A DNA stretch of 64,000 nt, from positions 5,899 through 69,898 of the IMG/VR virus record IMGVR_UViG_3300042561_000402. The stretch is one strand, 5' to 3'. The notes beneath the pieces are model-generated. The model was given only the letters and a program-made list of their open reading frames with translations, was not told where the DNA came from and ran no database searches. The stretch is from a virus. Shown piece by piece: positions 38,158 through 46,787 of the stretch (positions are counted from its first letter, which is position 1; each line of letters opens with the position of its first letter). The translations under genes were made by a program, and so were the position numbers.

Positions 38158-39132
38158 TTAAGTCATGTTTACAAGTCGGCGGGTAAGCCAAGGAGCGATT
38201 TGCATAACCCCTTCTTGCCCTGAGTTATACTCTTTTAGTTCGGCGTTGAGAAGTAAAATTGCTCTGTCCATGTAATATTGTCCGCGCTCGACATCGGCTT
38301 TTTCTTCGGCGTTCAGAGCCATGAGGCCAAGCTTGATGGCTTCCAGTGAGTCAGGATAAAGCGGATCATTGTCGCTGATAGCCCAACAATGCTTGCGCTT
38401 AAAGATGCCTTGTGCGGCGTCCCAATTACGATCCACCAGATAGCGGCGGTAGCTTATAACCCGCTCGCCTGCCTCATACTTCGCCAAGGTGGTCGCCCCA
38501 GCCGATACGGATACAACGCCCGTGGTAGGGGTTTTCTCAACAGAATAGATCTCCGCAAATGTCTGGGTTGTGGTTTGGGTTCCATCTCCAAGGTCAAGAC
38601 GAATTCCCTCCACTCGTTCTCCATCCACTGTAGAATAAATTTTATTCCCATTTGAGTCCTTTCCGCGAATCCAGATGTAGCTTCCAGCACACTCTGTTTC
38701 GCTGCTTGATAGGGTAAGTTGGGAAGGTGTCTCAATGTCCCGAAATGTAACAAACCCCTCGCCCATATCTTGAATCGGGCCAAAGTATTTCTCATCCGAT
38801 TTGCGGATGCCGCGCCCTTGAGGAAGATACTGATACCACTCGCTCTGGACTGCGGATGTCTTGTAACCCGCCTTACCCGCCCGAATACAGGTCTCCAGAT
38901 GGCGAGGAAGGGTAATAAACTTGTTGTCGTTGGTGTCCTCATAAGCAGTAATGGCGGCTTGGGCCAAAGTGCCCACCCATTTACCCTCTGAAATTACACG
39001 CTCACAAAAGCGATTAATGTTGTTACGAAGCTCGGCTTGCGCGTCAAACCCTTCCAGATCAGGAGGATCGGGCTGTGGAACGACAGATGTTGGTAGCCGC
39101 TCAACGGCCAATCCTAGTGTAAGGCTCGACAT
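38158..39132 (-). CDS. putative head-tail adaptor / tail tubular protein
   Basis: Helical termini around a beta-rich core; ATG at 39132 follows TTGACC-N17-TAGTTT. Confidence 0.5.
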   Translation of the reverse strand: MSSLTLGLAVERLPTSVVPQPDPPDLEGFDAQAELRNNINRFCERVISEGKWVGTLAQAAITAYEDTNDNKFITLPRHLETCIRAGKAGYKTSAVQSEWYQYLPQGRGIRKSDEKYFGPIQDMGEGFVTFRDIETPSQLTLSSSETECAGSYIWIRGKDSNGNKIYSTVDGERVEGIRLDLGDGTQTTTQTFAEIYSVEKTPTTGVVSVSAGATTLAKYEAGERVISYRRYLVDRNWDAAQGIFKRKHCWAISDNDPLYPDSLEAIKLGLMALNAEEKADVERGQYYMDRAILLLNAELKEYNSGQEGVMQIAPWLTRRLVNMT

Positions 39133-39178
39133 ATTCGGCGCAAAACTACCACCTTCGCATGAGAAGGTCAATAGCAGA

Positions 39179-39781
39179 TTACAGCCCGTCCCAAAGATCC
39201 CCCTGACCGAACTTATCCAGATACTCTCCAAAGGTAATTAGCTGCTCTTCGTTATAGATATAGTCGAATAGATGGTCTCGGAGTCGATCTTCGCTATCTA
39301 ATCCAAGCTCAAAGCATAAGGACTCAAAGTAAGAGTCCTGAACCCGCGAGAGTTCGTTGATGAAGTCTTTAACTTTAAAGATGCTATCGTCTGGATGTGG
39401 TTTCATTTCTCTTTAAATCCACCCTTCTTTAACTTCATCTTCTTGTAGACCTTGGGATCAATCGTGGATTTGGATTTCGGGCGGCTGGTGCCAGATTTCT
39501 TCCTTGCGTTGATATTATCGTATAGTCCTCGTTTTTTCATAGTATTATTTTCCTTTCTTAACTGATTTACTTCCGCTACAGCCCCACTTCTTGCGGGAAA
39601 GTTTGTTCGGTGAATTTGGGTCGCTCCGCCAATCTCCCTTGATCTTGTTGCTGCGGGCACAGTAGGCATCGGCGCGGGGGCTACCGATGGGGCCAATCTT
39701 GCTGCCCTTCTCTCCGTATTTCACAGTTTTTTTACGCCCCGTTTCGGGGTTGGTTACAGTTTTGCTGAATTTCTTTTTCAT
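39179..39781 (-). other. three small CDS (39179-39406, 39403-39540, 39545-39781)
   Basis: Common small phage families: GLYDNINARKKSG; KTVKYG..AYCARS..SRKKWGC. Confidence 0.65.
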
Positions 39782-40644
39782 TTTTTTAAGTTTCTCCAGT
39801 AGTTGCAATGGCCTCTAACACGGCAGTAGTCCGCGCAACGTTTATCTTCCCCAAGCCGTTCCTCAACAACACCTCCGATACTCTTGGCGTGAGACTCAGC
39901 CTGTAGTCGGTCTTCGTAAGTCCCATTGTTAACCGCTCGCTTTGCTCCCTTTTTTGGTAGGACGGCATAGAGGTCTGGGACGCGCCAACGTTCGGATTCG
40001 GTGCAGATCGGTATCTGGTCATCGGGAAGGTCTTTTGCTTGTTGGTGGAGATTAATCCGACTTTTGATATATGCAAATGTTTCTTCGGGCTTCCATGGAT
40101 CTAACTTAATTTCCACAATAGCGCACTTGGGGTAATCAGCTTTGATTTTGGAGTCGCGCAACTTCCAGTCTTTCATTACAAGAATGATGGCCGCACGTTT
40201 TACTGGATATCCATTGTGCCCAAGCAGGAGCGTGTTGATGGCGGCTTGTGCCGTCCAGTCAAACCTGTCATCGGACAAGGCTTTATAAACGCTACTGACC
40301 TTGTAGTCATAGAGGACTTGCTCTTGCCTGTCATAGAGATCGACCTGTCCACCAAGCTTCACGCCATCTACATCCATATAGAAGCGCTCTTCCGTAAGGT
40401 AGCGTTCAGGATTGCGTTTGGCAATCTGTTCAAGAACGTAGTGGTTGGCTGTGCCAAGCATTGTCCACACGCGATCCGAAGCGTCCTCGGTAATCTTATC
40501 TCCGTGGCGTTTCATCAACTCCCGAATCTTCGGAGGTTGAAAAAGACTTGTAGTAGTAATATCAGCCTCCCCCGCCGAATACGAAGACTCGCTAACGAGA
40601 TCAACGAACGGCTGGGGGAGATTGAATGTATTAGTGACAGTCAC
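39778..40644 (-). CDS. PD-(D/E)XK (Cas4-like) exonuclease
   Basis: LGTANH..E, EERF, GQVDL, YDYK, C..RC.DYC..C. Confidence 0.85.
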   Translation of the reverse strand: MTVTNTFNLPQPFVDLVSESSYSAGEADITTTSLFQPPKIRELMKRHGDKITEDASDRVWTMLGTANHYVLEQIAKRNPERYLTEERFYMDVDGVKLGGQVDLYDRQEQVLYDYKVSSVYKALSDDRFDWTAQAAINTLLLGHNGYPVKRAAIILVMKDWKLRDSKIKADYPKCAIVEIKLDPWKPEETFAYIKSRINLHQQAKDLPDDQIPICTESERWRVPDLYAVLPKKGAKRAVNNGTYEDRLQAESHAKSIGGVVEERLGEDKRCADYCRVRGHCNYWRNLKK

Positions 40645-40805
40645 TAGCGTTTCTTTTTCTTCTTGCTCATGCCAGCCTCGCTGAGTGCGATAGCAATGGC
40701 TTGTTTAGGATTCTTGACCTTCTGGCCAGAACTGCTTTTGAGTTTACCGCTGCCATACTCGCGCATGACCTTACTGATCTTTTTTTCTCCTTTGGATTTT
40801 TTCAT
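40644..40805 (-). CDS. DUF6496-like small basic protein
   Basis: KISKVMREYGSGKLKSSSGQKVKNPKQAIAIALSEAG; 53 aa, absent from the ORF track. Confidence 0.8.
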   Translation of the reverse strand: MKKSKGEKKISKVMREYGSGKLKSSSGQKVKNPKQAIAIALSEAGMSKKKKKR

Positions 40806-40808
40806 ATA

Positions 40809-41063
40809 TTATGCTGCTATTAGTTGGTTGTTGTTTGACTTCGGCGTTTGGACGCCCAAGAGTTTGCAGAGGTATCGGATGTGGAAGCACTCTTTGCGGA
40901 ATTGATAGCCTGAACAAGTGCAGGAACACCCTGTGATATCCCCGATTTCATCGGTAGCGAATTCCACCATGTAGTAGTCTTCGCGATTCGTCCGACTTTG
41001 AACGAGGAACGATCCCTTATCATGCGACAGAATTTCGATGCCGCGCTCTCGCTCATCAGTCAT
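40809..41063 (-). CDS. SWIM zinc-finger protein
   Basis: CSCTCSGYQFRKECFHI. Confidence 0.75.
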   Translation of the reverse strand: MTDERERGIEILSHDKGSFLVQSRTNREDYYMVEFATDEIGDITGCSCTCSGYQFRKECFHIRYLCKLLGVQTPKSNNNQLIAA

Positions 41064-41712
41064 TCGCTTGTGGATTTTTCAGGGATTCGGCCTTGCTCGC
41101 CCCGAAGCCAAGTTGTTCGGGGGTGTATGCTGTGATGGGCATGGCCGAAATATGGCCTTGGCGATCTGCCTGAATGAAGAGGGTGGTTGCGATTCCCTGA
41201 CGATGCTGTTCAGGAAGGTTCAACTCTACTGCGATATCATTGGCCTTCTTGACGCACAGACGCATCAGGTTTGCCGCCTGACAGAGGAATTGCTTGGCAT
41301 CCTTGTCTGGGTGGGCTGGAGCCGTAACAACCTTTTCTGCGGGCTTCTGGGGCGATTGAGAGGTATTAATGGTGTTCCATGTAACGGGCTTCGATTGAGT
41401 GGGGGCCGCAGGCAGGCTTGAAGCAGGAACCCCAGCGGGCTGAATCTCCATGGAATCGGTCTTCTGCTTGGAGTTGCCAGAGGCAATCAGCACTACGGAC
41501 TTACCCACATATTGCTGGAACTTCGACGCAATGTCTTTGTTTTCAGTGAAATACACATGGGCCACGCCATCAACGATTAATTCGATAACGCACAATGAGT
41601 TGTTCTTCACCCACTTAGGGGGCGATTTAACGGCTACGAGTTTAGGCCCATTCTTGGCCAAGGTGAAGTGTGAGAGGATTGGTGCTTTTGGTTGGTTTGA
41701 TTGATATGCCAT
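41056..41712 (-). CDS. hypothetical protein, possibly ssDNA-binding or recombination
   Basis: Beta-rich N-domain, P/A linker, helical C-domain; upstream of the exonuclease. Confidence 0.45.
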   Translation of the reverse strand: MAYQSNQPKAPILSHFTLAKNGPKLVAVKSPPKWVKNNSLCVIELIVDGVAHVYFTENKDIASKFQQYVGKSVVLIASGNSKQKTDSMEIQPAGVPASSLPAAPTQSKPVTWNTINTSQSPQKPAEKVVTAPAHPDKDAKQFLCQAANLMRLCVKKANDIAVELNLPEQHRQGIATTLFIQADRQGHISAMPITAYTPEQLGFGASKAESLKNPQAND

Positions 41713-41759
41713 ATAAGTAGATGTTCGTTATATCCGACAGTCCAACTTGTCAAGCGTTC

Positions 41760-41834
41760 AAAAAAAAAGCGGGGCCGAGTTTTACCCCGACCCCGCCCCA
41801 CACACATGAAAACAGGAAGACGAATGCCTTCCAA
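41760..41834 (-). ncRNA. candidate small RNA ending in an intrinsic terminator
   Basis: Promoter TTGCAT-N16-TAAATT (41868-41841); stem GCGGGGUCGGG/CUCGGCCCCGC with G-U pairs; U9 tract. Confidence 0.5.
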
Positions 41835-41881
41835 GTGCGGAATTTAGCATAGATGATAATCCATGCAAGCGGAAAATGATC

Positions 41882-41910
41882 TTGCCGCCAAACTTGTTTT
41901 AAGGTAAGTT
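41882..41910 (+). promoter_or_regulatory. sigma70-like promoter
   Basis: TTGCCG-N17-TAAGTT, 11 nt before the ATG at 41922. Confidence 0.45.
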
Positions 41911-41921
41911 TTCTGGAATCT

Positions 41922-44900
41922 ATGGCAGAATTTCCTCCACGGGGCAAATCCGAGTACCCACCTTTAGGCAAGGCGTTTGTTGCCGAGTATCGCTATGGTG
42001 ATCGGGATTTTCCCGTTGTCCACATCAAAAAAGACCCAAGAGTCGATAATTACAAGGCTCCAGATGTTGGCGAGCCTTGTCCTGATAAGCGATTTCCAGA
42101 CCATGCCTTTATCCAAACCCTACCCACAAACTCTGACGAAAGAGTCTTGTGGGTCTATGAAAAACTGGATGGGCCGATTATCAGTGGAAAAATCCTTGAT
42201 AAGGATGGGAATGTCGCCACCTTAACCCGTCAACCCGTTGTTTCGGGGAGCCCTGTAGATCAAGGGTTTAAGGTTCTTTCAAGTGCCATCAACCCCGAAA
42301 ACAAAGCATTTGGGACAAAGGAAACCGTCACAGTTGACGAGTTTCCCGTTCTTCGGGGCACCCAAATTGATCCCCGTTATGGGGTTGCCTTGGAATATAC
42401 CAAAGAATTGGTGGACGCCGCAACTGCGGTTGGTGGGGTTGATGGTCTGGAATCTGTAGAGATCGAGCCCAAGGATCAGTGGCGGTCTTGGAAACTTACC
42501 ACAAAGCTCGCGCAACTTCCACAAGATCAGGTTTGGTATGGTTATCGCAAGGAGTCGCTTCCCGATGTTTTGGTTAATCTTTCAATCGTTGGCACGGAAA
42601 CATTTCAGCCTATTCCAACTTGGCGGGTTGCGCCCGACATGGCCCTTAAGGCTAGATTTACTAGGAAGTTTAGCATGGGGCCACCGCCAGACCCATCCCC
42701 AGCCCTTTCCCCTAAATACTGGGCGGAACCGTTTTATATTGCTGTAGAATATTTGCGAGAGTCTGCAAGTGAATCCGAAACAACTTCAAGTTCAACATCT
42801 TCTGGTACAACTAGCTCCACCAATTCATCAACTCAAAGCTCTACTTCTAGCGGTACGCAGTCTGGAACCAATACTTCTACACAGACTTCCACTAATAGCT
42901 CAACACAATCTTCTACAAGCAGTGGAACCCAAAGTTCTACCAATAGTTCTACCAGCAGTTCTACCAATAGCTCTACGCAATCCTCAACCAATAGTTCAAC
43001 GCAAAGTTCTACGGGGTCTTCAACGTCAAGCTCCACAAACAGTGGAACACAAAGTTCTACCAGTAGTGGCACCCAGAGTTCCACTAATTCTTCCACATCC
43101 TCGTCTACTAATTCGTCTACATCGTCTTCCACATCTTCTAGTACAACTAGCTCGACCAATAGTTCCACGCAGTCGTCCACTGGATCTTCCACCTCTTCTT
43201 CTACTAACTCGTCCACCCAATCTTCAACATCCAGCGGAACTACCAGTTCAACCAATTCATCAACATCATCTAGCACCTCTAGTGGAACCACTAGCTCTAC
43301 AAATTCTGGAACTAATAGCTCAACCAACAGTTCCACAAATTCCTCCACTTCTAGCTCTACAAATTCTGGCACAACCAGTTCCACTAACTCGTCCACGAAT
43401 AGCTCTACATCATCATCAACAAATAGCTCCACAACTAGCTCAACCAACTCTTCCACCAACTCCTCTACCACCTCATCAACGAACAGCGGAACCAATAGTT
43501 CAACTAACTCATCCACCAATAGCTCAACAACATCTTCGACTAATAGTTCTACACAGAGTTCCACCAACTCTTCTACTACATCTTCTACAAACAGTGGCAC
43601 TGCCAGTTCTACAAATAGCGGAACACAGAGTTCGACATCCAGCGGAACAAACAGTGCTACAAATTCATCTACAAGCAGCGGAACTACCAGTGGGACATCG
43701 TCATCAACAAGCAGTTCAACCAATTCATCCACCACATCCTCTACGAACAGTGGCACAACAAGCTCCACTAATAGTTCCACTAACAGTTCTACCACAAGCT
43801 CAACCTCAAGCTCTACCAATTCTGGAACACAATCATCCACCAACTCCTCTACATCATCGTCCACCAATAGTGGAACCACAAGCTCCACTTCAGGCGGGAC
43901 AACATCATCAACCAACAGTGGAACGCAAAGCTCCACAACATCTGGAACAAATGAATCAACTAGCAACTCTGAAGGTAATGGATCAGACTCGTCAGCAGAA
44001 TCAAATCAAGGAGCAGTAACACTAGATGACCCAAATACGAACAGGGTTCAATTTTTTGAATCAACAGTAATTGGAAGCTCCACAACCTCTGGAACAAATT
44101 CTGGAACATCAAGCTCCACTAACAGTGGAACCCAAAGCTCAACCTCAAGTGGAACATCGTCATCAACCAATAGCGGCACTCAAAGTTCAACATCTTCTGG
44201 TACAACAAGTTCCACTAACTCGGGAACACAATCGTCCACATCAAGCGGGACAAGCACTTCTACATCTTCTGGTACGCAATCATCCACTAATAGCGGAACG
44301 TCATCGTCTACATCAAGTGGAACCAACAGTTCTACATCAAGCTCTACAACATCTTCCACAACAAGCTCTACGTCCTCTGGAACCACCAGTTCCACCAATA
44401 GCTCTACATCTAGCTCGACTAATAGTGGAACAACGTCTTCAACTAATAGTGGTACGTCAAGTTCAACCTCTAGCTCTACCTCCTCCTCGACCAATAGCGG
44501 AACAACCAGTGGAACAACTTCTTCAACATCTTCTGGAACAACATCGTCAACCAATAGCGGAACTAGCAGTGGCACAACTAGCTCTACCTCTTCAGGAACC
44601 AGTACTTCAACTAACTCTGGCACCACCTCGTCTACAGCATCTTCAACAAGTTCGGGTACAACATCATCTACTAATAGCGGAACATCATCTTCAACACAGA
44701 GTTCAACATCTTCGGGCACCACATCTTCTACTAATAGTGGAACCACAAGCTCCACCAATTCGTCTACACAGTCTTCGACGGCCAGCGGTACATCTAGCTC
44801 TACAAATAGTTCCACTTCAAGCTCCACTGGTTCTGGAACACAAAGCTCCACTTCAAGCTCCACCTCTAGCTCAACTGGTTCTGGAACACAGTCATCCACA

Positions 44901-45482
44901 AGTTCCTCAACTCAGTCATCCACAAGTAGCGGAACCACCAGTTCTACAAATTCATCAACAACCAGTTCCACTAATTCTTCCACATCCTCCTCCACGAATA
45001 GTTCAACGCAAAGTTCTACATCTTCTTCGACAAGTAGTTCGACAGGAAGCGGGACAACATCATCCACTTCTTCGGGGACGCAAACATCAACCTCTTCAGG
45101 AACTAATAGCGCCACCAATAGCTCGACATCCTCGTCCACTGGTAACGGAACCACTAGCTCAACGTCTTCGTCAACAACAAGTTCCACAAATTCTGGAACA
45201 AACACATCAACCTCTAGCGGGACATCTTCTTCTACGAACGAGTCCACTTCGCAGAACTCAACCATATCTCGCGGTAAGTCCATCTTTAATTTGACAATAC
45301 CCAAGTGCCTGCGTAGTAATATCAATGTAACATTACCAAGCGGTGACTCATTTACCATTCCAGCAACCAGACAAACTGATCTTAGTTGGGGAGAATATGT
45401 GGAAGTAGCCCGTCAAAGCGAACATTGGAAACAGGGTATTTGGATTACCGAAATAACAGAAATATATTTACCAGAGCTTTAA
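41922..45482 (+). CDS. 1186-aa putative virion protein with a large Ser/Thr repeat insert
   Basis: Globular N- and C-termini flanking two xTxS repeat arms and a unique central segment. Confidence 0.8.
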   Translation: MAEFPPRGKSEYPPLGKAFVAEYRYGDRDFPVVHIKKDPRVDNYKAPDVGEPCPDKRFPDHAFIQTLPTNSDERVLWVYEKLDGPIISGKILDKDGNVATLTRQPVVSGSPVDQGFKVLSSAINPENKAFGTKETVTVDEFPVLRGTQIDPRYGVALEYTKELVDAATAVGGVDGLESVEIEPKDQWRSWKLTTKLAQLPQDQVWYGYRKESLPDVLVNLSIVGTETFQPIPTWRVAPDMALKARFTRKFSMGPPPDPSPALSPKYWAEPFYIAVEYLRESASESETTSSSTSSGTTSSTNSSTQSSTSSGTQSGTNTSTQTSTNSSTQSSTSSGTQSSTNSSTSSSTNSSTQSSTNSSTQSSTGSSTSSSTNSGTQSSTSSGTQSSTNSSTSSSTNSSTSSSTSSSTTSSTNSSTQSSTGSSTSSSTNSSTQSSTSSGTTSSTNSSTSSSTSSGTTSSTNSGTNSSTNSSTNSSTSSSTNSGTTSSTNSSTNSSTSSSTNSSTTSSTNSSTNSSTTSSTNSGTNSSTNSSTNSSTTSSTNSSTQSSTNSSTTSSTNSGTASSTNSGTQSSTSSGTNSATNSSTSSGTTSGTSSSTSSSTNSSTTSSTNSGTTSSTNSSTNSSTTSSTSSSTNSGTQSSTNSSTSSSTNSGTTSSTSGGTTSSTNSGTQSSTTSGTNESTSNSEGNGSDSSAESNQGAVTLDDPNTNRVQFFESTVIGSSTTSGTNSGTSSSTNSGTQSSTSSGTSSSTNSGTQSSTSSGTTSSTNSGTQSSTSSGTSTSTSSGTQSSTNSGTSSSTSSGTNSSTSSSTTSSTTSSTSSGTTSSTNSSTSSSTNSGTTSSTNSGTSSSTSSSTSSSTNSGTTSGTTSSTSSGTTSSTNSGTSSGTTSSTSSGTSTSTNSGTTSSTASSTSSGTTSSTNSGTSSSTQSSTSSGTTSSTNSGTTSSTNSSTQSSTASGTSSSTNSSTSSSTGSGTQSSTSSSTSSSTGSGTQSSTSSSTQSSTSSGTTSSTNSSTTSSTNSSTSSSTNSSTQSSTSSSTSSSTGSGTTSSTSSGTQTSTSSGTNSATNSSTSSSTGNGTTSSTSSSTTSSTNSGTNTSTSSGTSSSTNESTSQNSTISRGKSIFNLTIPKCLRSNINVTLPSGDSFTIPATRQTDLSWGEYVEVARQSEHWKQGIWITEITEIYLPEL
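42770..45265 (+). repeat. 12/24-nt period degenerate coding repeat
   Basis: Encodes (S/G)-T-(N/S/T/Q)-S with diversified synonymous codons; interrupted at ~43950-44075. Confidence 0.9.
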
Positions 45483-45483
45483 T

Positions 45484-46128
45484 ATGGAAAAATCAAACAA
45501 AAAGACAGCAGATAGCCCAAAGTATCAAATTCTTATTGCAAGACACAACGAGAAAATTGATTATCTTAACTATTTGCCAAAGAGGGAAAATAGAAATTAT
45601 GAAGTAATCGTTAGTAACAGTGGCGACCCAAAAGACCAATTCTCTTGTGACAGAACAATTGTACGCGAGAACGTGGGAAGAGAGGCTGGACACTATTTAA
45701 ATTTCATGGCCTCAGAGTACGAAAACATGGCCCCAACAGTTGTTTTTATTCAAGCTGGATGTTTCGCGCATTTTAATACCATTGAACCAATACTAGAGCT
45801 TTTTTATGGGGCTCCCGAATTCCCATTCCCAATGAGTTTTTTGGGCACGGAATCTGTAGTTGGAATTGAGAGTGTTCCAAGATGGTCTGAGGCCGAGCAT
45901 ATACTTAAAACAGCTTGGCAAGACGCAAGCTGGAACAAACCAATCAAAGGCAAGCCTTGGGTAATTGGAGGCGGGGCACAGTTTTACGTCAAAAAAGAAA
46001 TTCTTATTAAAAGACCTCCAGAACATTATTTAAGAGCCATTGAATGCGCCAGAGATCCAGACTCAAAACTCGCACATGTTCTAGAGTTTCATTGGCCCAA
46101 CATGTTTGATCTTTCCTGCCTTCATTAG
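45484..46128 (+). CDS. DUF3431-like (glycosyltransferase-like) protein
   Basis: IARHNE.IDYL, NVGREAGHYLNF, VFIQA..H, GAQFYV..I, HVLE..W. Confidence 0.75.
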   Translation: MEKSNKKTADSPKYQILIARHNEKIDYLNYLPKRENRNYEVIVSNSGDPKDQFSCDRTIVRENVGREAGHYLNFMASEYENMAPTVVFIQAGCFAHFNTIEPILELFYGAPEFPFPMSFLGTESVVGIESVPRWSEAEHILKTAWQDASWNKPIKGKPWVIGGGAQFYVKKEILIKRPPEHYLRAIECARDPDSKLAHVLEFHWPNMFDLSCLH

Positions 46129-46148
46129 AAAAACACAAAAGCTTAATT

Positions 46149-46787
46149 ATGGAACAAAAAAAATACAACGTACTGCTTGCGACACACTCAGAAGATCTTG
46201 ATTGGTTGAGATATCTTCCCAAAGAAAGAGATTACAACATTATTGTTTCCAACAGCAATGGGGTGAAAGATGTCTTTAATGCCGATTTGGTTCTAAATAG
46301 GGAGAATTACGGTCGGGAAGCAGGCCACTACTTTCATTACATGGTTGAGTTTTATGAAAGCTTGCCAGAAATAACCATGTTTGTGCAGGGTGATCCTTGG
46401 CCTCATGCTGCTGCTGGAAATTATACAATTTCGCTAATGGAGGTTCTTTTTGGAACGCCCGAATTCGTGTGGCCAATTACTTATCTTGGAAAGCAGTATT
46501 CACCAAGCAAGCTCCTCTCTGGAGAGGATTCAAGACAGGCAAAAGCGATTAGGGCTGGAATCGGGGATCTTCCCATAGGACAAGGAATACCAATCAGTAT
46601 TGGTGCCAATTTTTACGCAAGGAAGGATATCATCCTTTCTCGCCCAAAAGAAGTTTATCAAAGCTTTTTGAAATACGCAGCAGACAAAACGATATACCCA
46701 GATGATCCTTATTACACGTTGGCACACGATCTAGAAGGCGTTTGGGGCGGCGTGTTCCAACATTCATCTGGAAAACGTGCCATCTAA
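46149..46787 (+). CDS. DUF3431-like protein, paralogue of the previous gene
   Basis: EDLDWL, NYGREAGHYFHY, FVQGDPWPH, GANFYA..I, HDLE..W. Confidence 0.75.
   Translation: MEQKKYNVLLATHSEDLDWLRYLPKERDYNIIVSNSNGVKDVFNADLVLNRENYGREAGHYFHYMVEFYESLPEITMFVQGDPWPHAAAGNYTISLMEVLFGTPEFVWPITYLGKQYSPSKLLSGEDSRQAKAIRAGIGDLPIGQGIPISIGANFYARKDIILSRPKEVYQSFLKYAADKTIYPDDPYYTLAHDLEGVWGGVFQHSSGKRAI

Noticed and set aside
39778-40644. Cas4-like nuclease as a sign of a CRISPR system
   Set aside because: Stand-alone phage exonuclease context; no cas genes or array
42770-45265. Possible CRISPR array or DGR-like repeat
   Set aside because: No constant repeat with unique spacers, no reverse transcriptase; periodicity is at codon level
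42769-45358. Long alternative-frame and antisense ORFs (VELLVE.., LQ/P-rich) over the S/T repeat
   Set aside because: Shadows of a periodic low-complexity coding repeat; they begin and end with the repeat
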